A stretch of 64,000 nt of DNA. It comes from Macrostomum lignano. Taxonomy: Eukaryota. The notes under the pieces were generated by a model. It saw only the letters and a program-made list of their open reading frames with translations. It did no database searches and was not told the origin of the DNA. The stretch is from NCBI GenBank assembly GCA_002269645.1, contig NIVC01000441.1, positions 356,406 through 420,405 on the forward strand, given 5' to 3'. The position numbers were made by a program, and so were the translations under genes. This document shows, piece by piece, positions 25,501-36,500 of this stretch (within the stretch, counting starts at the first letter, position 1; the number at the start of each line of letters is the position of its first letter).

Positions 25501-28095
25501 AATTTCAGGGCGGGATTTATGGCTATCATATTAGGGTTTGTATATCAAGAATCCCAGGGAGAGATATCAAGCATCTCAAAGTGAGATATCAATAATCTTT
25601 GGGTGAGAGATTGAAGAGTTTGATCCGGTGATGATCAGTCACTGGAAAACTCCCACTCCCAGCCCTTAAGCCTGGGAATTCAGTGATCACTTACTGATGC
25701 GGGCTCCTCTTCTTTGTCGGGCAGGTTCCTAGAGCTCGTCTCCTTTATGTGATCTTCCTCCGGAGTTGGAAGTCTTCTTGAATCCTAAAGTCGGCCGAAC
25801 TTAGTCCGTCGACGTCAATATATTCTTCGAGTGCAGAAATCAATATATTCCTCGAGTGCAGAAATCAATATATTCTTCGAGTGCAGAAATCAATATATTC
25901 CTCGAGTGCAGAAATCAATATATTCTTCGAGTGCAGAAATCAATATATTCCTCGAGTGCAGAAATCAATATATTCCTCGAGTGCAGAAATCAATATATTC
26001 CTCGAGTGCAGAAATCAATATATTCTTCGAGTGCAGAAATCAATATATTCTTCGAGTGCAGAAATCAATATATTCCTCGAGTGCAGAAATCAATATATTC
26101 CTCGAGTGCAGAAATCAATATATTCCTCGAGTGCAGAAATCAATATATTCTTCGAGTGCAGAAATCAATATATTCCTCGAGTGCAGAAATCAATATATTC
26201 CTCGAGTGCAGAAATCAATATATTCTTCGAGTGCAGAAATCAATATATTCTTCGAGTGCAGAAATCAATATATTCCTCGAGTGCAGAAATCAATATATTC
26301 CTCGAGTGCAGAGATCAATATATTCCTCGAGTGCAGAAATCAATATATTCCTCGAGTGCAGAGATCAATATATTCCTCGAGTGCAGAAATCAATATATTC
26401 CTCGAGTGCAGAAATCAATATATTCCTCGAGTGCAGAAATCAATATATTCTTCGAGTGCAGAAATCAATATATTCCTCGAGTGCAGAAATCAATATATTC
26501 CTCGAGTGCAGAGATCAATATATTCCTCGAGTGCAGAAATCAATATATTCCTCGAGTGCAGAGATCAATATATTCCTCGAGTGCAGAAATCAATATATTC
26601 CTCGAGTGCAGAAATCAATATATTCCTCGAGTGCAGAAATCAATATATTCCTCGAGTGCAGAAATCAATATATTCTTCGAGTGCAGAAATCAATATATTC
26701 CTCGAGTGCAGAAATCAATATATTCCTCGAGTGCAGAAATCAATATATTCCTCGAGTGCAGAGATGCGCCCTAATAACAAAGTCAACTCTATCACTTTAA
26801 CGAGGTCCTCCAGAAATGGCGTCTTCTAGAAATAACGGAATCGGAGTCGTGTGCTCCTATCGGTTACTCTAAGGTACCGAAATCAATCAATCAGTAATCG
26901 ACTAAGAGTATCGGAATCGGTCCGCAGATCCTATCCAATCCCCCTAGGAATAGGGAGGCCTCAAATTCAATAACTCAATTGAAATCAACTGATCAGAAAC
27001 GGCCGGCAAATAACACAGCTCTCAATAATCAAATAACAAAGACTCAAATAACAAAGACTCTGACAAAGGCTTACCAATTGGTGTTTGTCTCTCACAGAGA
27101 TATAGCCTTACTTGGCTGCTCTGGCTAAGCCCAAGATTTCTTAAGGCTGCGCCGAGTCTGAGGTTTCAGCTCGGATTTTCGCTTGTATTTTTATACACAA
27201 TTTTATTCGACCTTGAGCCCCAAACCGGTTTTACTGATAAGAATCAAGAAATGGACTTTGTCCTTTGACCGGTGGGGTTTTGAATAGAAGTGTGAAGCTT
27301 GGTCGCATTTAAGTTAAAATTTACCATATTTGGAAATATAGGTTGAAAACCGGTTTTTCGGACTATGAAATGATCACTTGTTGTTTTCGTGTTATTACAA
27401 GTATTACTGAAAATAGAGTATGACGCATGCTATTCTTAAATTTGCCTTCGTAATTTTATCTTACTACTTCTAGTAGGCGACCAGGCTTAAGGATCTCTAC
27501 AAGATCAAAAATCTCTGGGTGATATATCAAGAATCTTAGGGTGAGAGATCAAGAATCTCAGGGTGAGATATCAGGAATCGCAGGGTGAGATTTTCAGCAG
27601 CCATAATCTCGAAGGGAGATCTATAAAGTCTCATAAGGTGAGATCTATGACAGTATAATATATAGGCCTGTTATCTCACGGTGCGGCATCGCATGCAGTC
27701 GCATCAATGCCGTGTACCAGTTGTCGCCCATCAAGCAGACTTGTTCCTGTCAATCAACCCAACCGCAGGGCGTTCTGCGCGGCTTCTCCGAGCCGCTAAT
27801 CCACACCTTCAACAAGCGTTTCTCCGCCTTCGCCTCCAGCGAGGCCAGCGCCAACGACCTTGTGGGCGCTACGGACAGGCGGCACGTCCTGCTGATGGGC
27901 GACACGATGGGCGACCTGCGCATGTCCGAGGGCTGCAACGCCGACCTGGTGCTCACCGTTGGCTACCTCAACGATCGAGTGCAAGACCGGTTGTCCGGCT
28001 ATGCTGACAAGTTTGACATTGTCTGCCTGGAGGACCACAGCCTGTGTGTGCCACTGGCCGTTATTGAAGCTGCTGCGACTGGCGGCACGGCCTGA
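22520..28095 (+). CDS. NT5C3: Cytosolic 5'-nucleotidase III (HAD family), 4 exons, ~385 aa, with N-terminal hydrophobic anchor
   Basis: join(22520..22813,23851..24224,25194..25356,27769..28095); GT-AG, phases 0,2,0, total 1158 nt. Motifs ITDFDHTLSK, SSHGI, EKLPHMIEWW, IFSAGIGD, VVSNFM, LLMGDTMGDLRM, VGYLND. Confidence 0.93.
22920..23790. repeat. 31-nt intronic minisatellite (CAGAGCATAGCTGACCCACCAACTCAATATG)
   Basis: NT5C3 intron 1. Confidence 0.93.
24270..25135. repeat. 28-nt intronic minisatellite (TGATCCCCCAGTTCTGATCCTCAATTTA)
   Basis: NT5C3 intron 2. Confidence 0.93.
25670..27486. mobile_element. ~1.8-kb probable transposon-derived insertion carrying its own 25-nt array
   Basis: Interrupts a degenerate ~21-nt repeat (GGGTGAGATATCAAGAATC-like) present on both sides (25480-25620, 27490-27600). 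Bounded by TTAA|GCCTGG and CCAGGC|TTAA. Family not identified. Confidence 0.4.
25815..26765. repeat. Highly homogeneous 25-nt array (TCGAGTGCAGAAATCAATATATTCC), ~38 copies
   Basis: Only two recurrent single-base variants; open in all three + frames. Confidence 0.97.
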
Positions 28096-28199
28096 TGGAG
28101 GCGCCTGCCTCTCGTAGTCCGCTTTTAAACAGGCATAGTCATTGGGCACGGATACTGATTTAATTTTATAATAGAGAGAATTGGATCCAGCACTCAACA

Positions 28200-28712
28200 G
28201 AACCACCACCCCACAGCACCCACCACTTCACAGCACCCACCACCCCACAGCACCCACCACCCCACAGCACCCACCACCCCACAGCACCCACCACCTCACA
28301 GCACCCACCACCTCACAGCACCCACCACCCCACAGCACCCACCGCCCCACAGCACCCACCGCCTCACAGCACCCACCGCCTCACAGCACCCACCACCCCA
28401 CAGCACCTACCACCCCACAGCACCCACCACCCCACAGCACCCACCACCCCACAGCACCTACCACCTCACAGCAGCCACCGCCTCACAGCACCCACCACCC
28501 CACAGCACCCACCGCCCCACAGCACCCACCGCCTCACAGCACCCACCGCCTCACAGCACCCACCACCCCACAGCACCTACCACCCCACAGCACCCACCAC
28601 CTCACAGCACCACCACCCCACAGCACCCACCACCTCACAGCACCCACCACCCCACAGCACCCACCACCCCACAGCACCCACCACCTCACAGCATTCACCA
28701 CCCCACAGCATA
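28200..28712. repeat. ~17-nt minisatellite (CCACAGCACCCACCACC) downstream of the NT5C3 stop
   Basis: Direct inspection. Confidence 0.92.
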
Positions 28713-29487
28713 AGGTACTTATCATACTCATAGTATTATCGAGAGTGCATAAAAATTAAAAATCAAATTATTTGGCCGCCAAATCTATTCAAATGTGACA
28801 TTTGCGATATGTTGCGCCATTGGAAAGTCGTTAATTACATGCTATTTTAGTTTATACGCTCGTATTTTCAACTAATAGCTTATTACACATATCTGCCCCT
28901 ATTCACCCAATTGCCAGTCACATTTGTTCATCGCATGCGCCAACTCTGAATCAGTCCAGACTTTTCTTTCAACTTGTTTTCTTAACTACGAGCGTACTTG
29001 GCCGATGTTATTTAAAAAAATATAAGTTCGGTGCCTTGCCTATTGTCGTAGCAACTAACCAGTTTATTCGTGTCTCTCAGTCTCTGGCAGACTACTTCAA
29101 GTAGCAATCTTGTATTCAATTTTTATTTTGAAGCTTAATTATCCAACATTTCAAATTTGCGCCTAATTTGCTTCAACTACTACTGCTTTTAATTTGATTC
29201 CGTTTTGCATGTACTCCTAATTCTGCAATCTCGTTTGCACACCCTACTACTAATTCTAATACTACTGCCGCTTCTAAGTGTCCATTGCCATTTACCTTAA
29301 AATTAAATAGCCTAGAAGGTGTATATTGATTATATGCCTTATATGATGATCAGATTTGTGATCCCAAGTTGTATTCAAGTCTAATACAAATTTCCTTCTC
29401 AACCGAAATTTAAAATCCTAGTTTAACTGTATCATTTACTCGTCTCGAATTGTCTCTTGCTTTCTGCTCACCGAACTGACAGTGTGC

Positions 29488-29810
29488 AGACATACAGACA
29501 GACAGACAGACAGACAGACACACAGACAGACAGACAGACAGACACAAAGACAGACGCACTGACAGACAGACAGACACAAAGGCAGACAGACAGACAGACA
29601 GACAGACAGGCAGACACACAGACAGACAGGCAGACGCACAGACAGACAGGCAGACAGACAGACAGGCAGACAGACAGACAGACAGACACACAGACAGACA
29701 GACAGACAAACTGACAGACAGACAGACAGACAGACAGACACAGACAGACAGACGCACAGACACACAGACAGACACACAGACAGACAGACACACTGACAGA
29801 CAGACACACT

Positions 29811-29874
<64 letters not shown>

Positions 29875-30179
29875 CAAAGACAGACAGACAGACAGACACA
29901 CTGACAGACAGACAGACACAAAGGCAGACAGACACAAAGGCAGACAGACAGACAGACAGACAGGCAGACACACAGACAGACAGGCAGACGCACAGACACA
30001 CAGACAGGCAGACAGACAGACAGGCAGACAGACAGACAGACAGACAGACAAACTGACAGACAGACAGACAGACAGACACAGACAGACAGACGCACAGACA
30101 CACAGACAGACACACAGACAGACAGACACACTGACAGACAGACAGACAGACAGACACAAAGGCAGACAGACACAAAGGC

Positions 30180-30220
<41 letters not shown>

Positions 30221-30478
30221 CACAGACAGACAGACACACAGACAGACATACACACTGACAGACAGACAGACACAAAGGCAGACAGACACAAAGGCAGACA
30301 GACACAAAGGCAGACAGACAGACAGACAGGCAGACACACAGACAGACAGGCAGACGCACAGACAGACAGGCAGACAGGCAGACAGACAGACAGACAGACA
30401 CAGACAGACAGACGCACAGACACACAGACAGACACACAGACAGACAGACACACTGACAGACAGACAGACAGACAAACT

Positions 30479-30522
<44 letters not shown>

Positions 30523-30555
30523 CAGACAGACAGACGCACAGACACACAGACAGGC

Positions 30556-30604
<49 letters not shown>

Positions 30605-30711
30605 CAGACAGACAGACGCACAGACACACAGACAGACACACAGACAGACAGACACACTGACAGACAGACACACTGACAGACAGACACACTGACAGACAGA
30701 CAGACAGACAC

Positions 30712-30742
<31 letters not shown>

Positions 30743-30780
30743 CAGACAGACAGACGCACAGACACACAGACAGACACACT

Positions 30781-30816
<36 letters not shown>

Positions 30817-30867
30817 CAAAGACAGACAGACAGACAGACACACTGACAGACAGACAGACACAAAGGC

Positions 30868-30916
<49 letters not shown>

Positions 30917-30944
30917 CAAAGACAGACGCACTGACAGACAGACT
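29488..30944. repeat. ~1.45-kb (GACA)n microsatellite with variants
   Basis: Direct inspection. Abuts a minus-strand GTTAGT donor-like site at 30947. Confidence 0.97.
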
Positions 30945-31399
30945 AACATGAACAGGCGGCTGGAAAAGAGCAGGAGAGGCGCAAAGCCGGAGAGCCGGCC
31001 AATGCAGCCTCGGTGAGGCTCCAGTCCGCACAGCCTCAGCATCGGCTGTCGGCAGTAGCTAGGCAGAGTTTCTCATAGAAAAGCTTCAGTAAGTGAGTGT
31101 AGAAGAGCCGTCGGCTGCACTGTTCTTCTTGCTCCAGTCCGCAGCTTCCACGAGCAACACCGAGTTGATTAAAGTGACCGTTGGCAAACACCAACTCAGA
31201 ATTGTGTGCTCAACTCAATACAGCAGAAGCAAATTATTGTTTTGCGCGTGTGTTTGCTCAGCCACTTGACGATAACAGTCGCCTATGCAGTTTTCTCTCT
31301 GCTCTCTAAATAGTCGCGGCTAAGCTAAGAAAATCTTTGTGCGGAGGCTGGACAACTGTGCGAGCTCTGGAATTGCTCTGCATCAAAAGCTGTCTGTCT

Positions 31400-31900
31400 G
31401 TCCGCTTATTCTGAGCCGCGATGCCGGGCGAACCTCCACGGCGACAACTGCGGCGCCCACCTGTGCTGGAGATCGGCCGGCCGCCTTTTGTTAGCCTGGC
31501 CTGGCAGCCGGCGACGACTCGAACCCGCGACCACTTCCAGCTGATTGGTGCGCGATCATCGCGCGGACCTGCGCCGAAAGTTGAATGTACTTTTCAATCC
31601 GGGTCAATCGTAGCAGACGGATTTCGCCTCTCCGCGCGACCCCGCAGCCTCGGCTGCCGCCGGCGCGACAGCGGGGTTAATCGAACTTTTGTCTCCATGG
31701 CAACGGATCGGAGGCACAAGCCTAAAGAGTTGGAAAGGGCGGCGGACGATCAGCGTTCGCTGGCGCTAGACTGGCGGCTCCTGACTCTGGTGGGGCGCCG
31801 TCTCGGCCCGCCCGCCAACCGGCCGACCGAGGTGGCGGCCTTAGCAACAACGCCCGGTCGCCATGGCAACATTAAGCGCGGTCGGTCTGGTCTACGCTAG
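31400..31900. promoter_or_regulatory. CpG-rich putative promoter/enhancer with two RFX X-box motifs
   Basis: GTCTCCATGGCAAC (31691-31704) and GTCGCCATGGCAAC (31857-31870) fit the X-box consensus GTNNCC-N-RGYAAC. Half site CCTTAGCAAC near 31840; ATTGG box near 31545. No convincing ORF. Confidence 0.55.
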
Positions 31901-32084
31901 GCACGGGGCTCTCTGACCTGGCATTGTGCATATAAATATACATGTGTAAATACGAGTACATAGCTAACCATAGGGACCACTGTGTGACAGCTTTTTCCAA
32001 CTGTTGATTTCAAAATCCGCAATCGTTAAATTGATAAAAATTTCTGACATTTATCTGTTTATCAGTTTATTAAGCAATGCTAGC

Positions 32085-32690
32085 TTGGCACCCAACCCCT
32101 CATTTTGGCACCCAACCCCTCATTTTGGCACCCAACCCCTCATTTTGGCACCCAACCCCTCATTTTGGCACCCAACCCCTCATTTTGGCACCCAACCCAT
32201 CATTTTGGCACCCACCCCCCTCTTACCACACAACCCCAATCTTGGCACCCACCCCCCTCTTACCACCCACCCCAATCTTGGCACCCACCCCCTATCTCGG
32301 CAGACCCCATCTTGGCACCCACCCCCATCTTGGCACCCACCCCTATCTTGGCACCCACCCCCATCTTGGCACTCACCCCTATCTTGGCAACCACCCACTA
32401 TCTGTTTGCAATCAACCACCACCCACCCACTGTTGCCCTATCTCGGCACCACCCCATCTTGGCACCCACACCCTATCTCAGTACGACCCCATCTTGGCAC
32501 CCACACCCTATCTCGGTACCACCCCATCTTGGCACCCAACCCCATCTTGGCACCCACCCCCATCTTGGCACCCACACCCTATCTCGGTACCACTCCATCT
32601 TGGCACCCACCCCCATCTTGGCACCCACCCCAATCTTGACACACACCCCCATCTTGAAACCCACCCCCATCTTGACACTCACCCCCTGGT
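32085..32690. repeat. Minisatellite: 20-nt (TTGGCACCCAACCCCTCATT) shifting to 18-nt (CTTGGCACCCACCCCCAT) units
   Basis: Direct inspection. Confidence 0.92.
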
Positions 32691-33556
32691 GCCAACGCAT
32701 AGCTCCCAACACTGTTTCAGGAAGCGAATCCAAGCTTTTCATTACTGCTAAAAGTAGTCATTAATGCAATGCTATGCGAAGTCTTTAGGCAGTGTATGCG
32801 CATTGCTACTACTCAAAGCGCTAGTAGTAACACAGATCAGATGTGTTCATCATTTATTGACTGCCCTGCATGGTCAGGTAGCAGTTTTAAGAGGCAATAA
32901 AGGCGGCTCACATTGCCGCTAATTGCTCTGCGCGGGTCCTGAACTGCTCAAATTAATCTTAAAATGTTTCTGAACCAACTGTAGATTGAGTTGAGCTGTC
33001 TTGGACTTGCGAAGCCACAGTCGGTAATGCGAATCGGCCTTTAAATGAATACAAGCGTTTGCAGTTTGTGAGGCAATGATATAAAATGAAATTATAAATT
33101 ATAAAATTGTTCATTAAACAATTGTTACTACATGTACATGTAGATTGGAAAATAAAAAAATTGTTTCTTAAATAAAAAATTACGGATAAATAATTAGTTT
33201 GTACTAATTTAATAGCATCGCATTTGTGTGACTGGGTGAAAACTGCAAATAATTAATTAGCTTAGCTCATCAACTGGTTCTGTTTGCGAAACGGGCAAGA
33301 ACTCGCTGATAAAACAAATTTTATCAATGAAAAAATTCTGTAAAAAAATTCTGGTAAATAAAACAGCAACAGGGGACTGCCAACTGTCACAAGAAGACAA
33401 AGTCAGCAGTTGACGGGCTAGCGAGCGAATCAATAATAGGGGTCTGTCGGGTAGCGCAATAGCTTCTGTGTCATAGCAGTTGCCTCTGTGGTGAGCAGCA
33501 GGACTGACTAGAGGACACTGGCGGAGTGAGCACATGCGGCCAGCCGATGCCCCTCA

Positions 33557-36500
33557 TCAATGCGATTTTGGCTCCCCGTCTTCGTCATAGTCGTCAAGGA
33601 ATCCCAGGTGCTCGGCTGTTGCCTCCTCGACTACGGCGGCCGCGGCACCGCGCGGTTGGCTCACCTGGATGGGTGAGTGGGCGAAAGTCAGGGTTATTCC
33701 CAGATCCTCAGTTGCTGGGCCACAGCCTCCCAGATCCTCAGTTGCTAGGCCAGCCTCCCAGATCCTCAGTTGCTGGGCCACAGCCTCCCAGATCCTCAGT
33801 TGCTGGGCCACAGCCTCCCAAATCCTCAGTTGCTGGGCCAGCCTCCCAGATCCTCAGTTGCTGGGCCACAGCCTTTCAGATCCTCAGTTGCTGGGCCACA
33901 GCCTTCCAGATCCTCAGTTGCTGGGCCACAGCCTCCCAGATCCTCAGTTGCTGGGCCACAGCCTCCCAGATCCTCAGTTGCTGGGCCACAGCCTCCCAGA
34001 TCCTCAGTTGCTGGGCCACAGCCTCCCAGATCCTCAGTTGCTGGGCCAGCCTCCCAGATCCTCAGTTGCTGGGCCAGCCTCTCAGATCCTCAGCTGCTGG
34101 GCCAGCCTCTCAGATCCTCAGCTGCTTACGCAACTCTCCCAAAATCAGCCACCTGGCCCCCGCTCACGTCGGGCACAGACAGCCGATAGTCCTCCTCGCT
34201 TCCAGGCAGAGACGGCGACCTCGGCAGTTCGTCTTCGTCCTCCTCCTCGTGCGGCGGGCGAGGCACGCTGAGCAGGAAACGCCTGTCCGGCGCCGGGTGG
34301 CTGCCGCGAATCCTGACGCCGCCGCTGCCGCTTTCGCTGGCCGCCGCCAATGCCGCGGTGTCCTGCAGCAGGTGGCCGCTGCTGAGCACCTTCTGCTGCC
34401 ACTTCTTCTGCCTGTTCAGCTCCACCCAGCGGCGCCGCTCCGCCTCCTGTGCATTGAGGAAGAGTGTGCTCAGACTGTGCTCAGACTGTGCTCAGAGTGT
34501 GCTCAGAGTGTGCCAGAGTGTCCTCAACTGTGCTCAGGGTGTGCTCAGAGTTGGTCATTGGGCGGAATGGATGGGATTTTAAGTGACTCGAGTTTAACTA
34601 TATTTGAGGATCTGAGGATATTAGACGACCAGAAATAATGAGATAATTAAGGAATCAGAATCTGGGTTGTGTGGGATCAGAAAGCAATCTCAAAGATGGA
34701 TTGTTAAAAGCGGGCGACATGGGGATTTGATGAAATATACAATCTCGAGATTAAACGCTGTAAAAAATGGCTACGAGCGTAGTTCTAATAGCTAACCTCT
34801 TCCTTCTGGTGCTGCACGAGGTCTTTCACGTTGCTAAGCAGTTCGTCAATTTTTGAGTCAGTTGAATCCTCGTCCTTAGCCGACAAGCAGAGGGCTCGGT
34901 TGAGCGGAAAGAATTCAAACCTTTCCTCTTTTAACTGAAAATTGTGGTTTTAACGAGATTTCCCTTGACCTTTACGATTTTTGGCGACATGAAATTACAA
35001 AACAGTAAGGCTTGAGACATTGATTTAAATGCACAAGCGTTTTCTGGGTGTGCAGGGGTGGCTGGCGGAGTGAGGGGTGTGGAGGGGTGGCTAGCGGAGT
35101 TGAGGGGTGTGGAGGGGTAGCTGGCGGAGTGAGGGGTGTGGAGGGGTAGCTGGCGGAGTGAGGGGTGTGGATGGGGTGTCTGGCGAAGTGAGGGGTGTGG
35201 ATGGGGTGGCTGGCGGAGTGAGGGGTGTGGATGGGGTGGCTGGCGGAGTGAGGGGTGTGGAGGGGTAGCTGGCGGAGTGAGGGGTGTGGAGGGGTGGCTG
35301 GCGGAGTGAGGGGTGTGGAGGGGTGGCTGGCGGAGTGAGGGGTGTGGATGGGGTGTCTGGCGGAGTGAGGGGTGTGGATGGGGTGGCTGGCGGAGTGAGG
35401 GGTGTGGATGGGTAGCTGGCGGAGTGAGGGGTGTGGAGGGGTAGCTGGCGGAGTGAGGGGTGTGGAGGGGTGGCTGGCGGAGTGAGGGGTTCAGACGGGG
35501 CCGAAATGAGAAGTACATGCTTACTGAGCTACAAAAAACTGAGCTACAAAGGCCCTACCATCTTGTGGACGTGCAAATCCAATGAGGTATAGTCATTAGT
35601 TGCCGTGTCCTCCAGGTGGATGAAGAAGAAAATATAGGCCCACATGTTGTGCTCAGTGCGCACGTGATGGTCGAAGCCCTGACCGTGGTGCTCGAAGTCA
35701 TAGTTGTTGCGCGAGCAGATGAAGCAGCAGTTGCGCATGTCGGTCTCGGCCAGCCACTTCTTGTCTCTGTGGGTGAAAGAATTGAAAGAATGGTAAGGAA
35801 AGAGTTAGGGGTGTGGAGGAGTGAGGGGTGTGGAGGAGTGAGGGGTGAAGAGGAGTGAGGGGTGTGGAGGAGTGAGGGGTGTGGAGGAGTGAGGGGTGTG
35901 GAGGAGTGAGGGGTGTGGAGGAGTGAGGGGTGTGGAGGAGTGAGGGGTGAAGAGGAGTGAGGGGTGAAGAGGAGTAAGGGGTGAAGAGGAGTGAGGGGTG
36001 AAGAGGAGTAAGGGGTGAAGAGGAGTGAGGGGTGAAGAGGAGTAAGGGGTGAAGAGGAGTGAGGGGTGAAGAGGAGTAAGGGGTGAAGAGGAGTGAGGGG
36101 TTGAAGGAGTGGGGTATTATCTCACCTGAGCTGACTAAAAGTATCCACAATGATGCCAAAGATAATGTTCAAGCCGATGGTGCTAATCAAGACAAAGAAT
36201 GTGATGCTGAACAGGGCCATCCAGACGTACTCGTCAAAGTTTCTGTGGCTGGATGGCGGCACAAGATTCTGAAAAGAATTTAGCAAGCAAAGTTTTACTG
36301 TTTTAACATCAAATTACGTTATTGGTATGTTTCAGTTTTTCAGTTTTGAGCTCGAACTTCAAAGTTTCAAGCTTGTTTCGAGCAGAGTTCGAGTGTCGAA
36401 CTCGGAGAGCCGCTCACCTCGAACAAGTCGCCAATCAACCCGAAGCGCAGGATGGTGACGAAGCACTGGTAGAGTGTGCCGCAGAACATCAGACTGTCGT

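Noticed and set aside
25831-26829. Three overlapping ~300-aa repeat ORFs
   Set aside because: They result from a stop-free 25-nt unit inside NT5C3 intron 3; no evidence of coding.
29410-31042. ~500-aa (VCLS)n ORFs
   Set aside because: Translation of a (TCTG)n microsatellite.
31421-31900. 159-aa + strand ORF
   Set aside because: Arg/Pro-rich product typical of GC-rich regulatory DNA; no recognisable domain.
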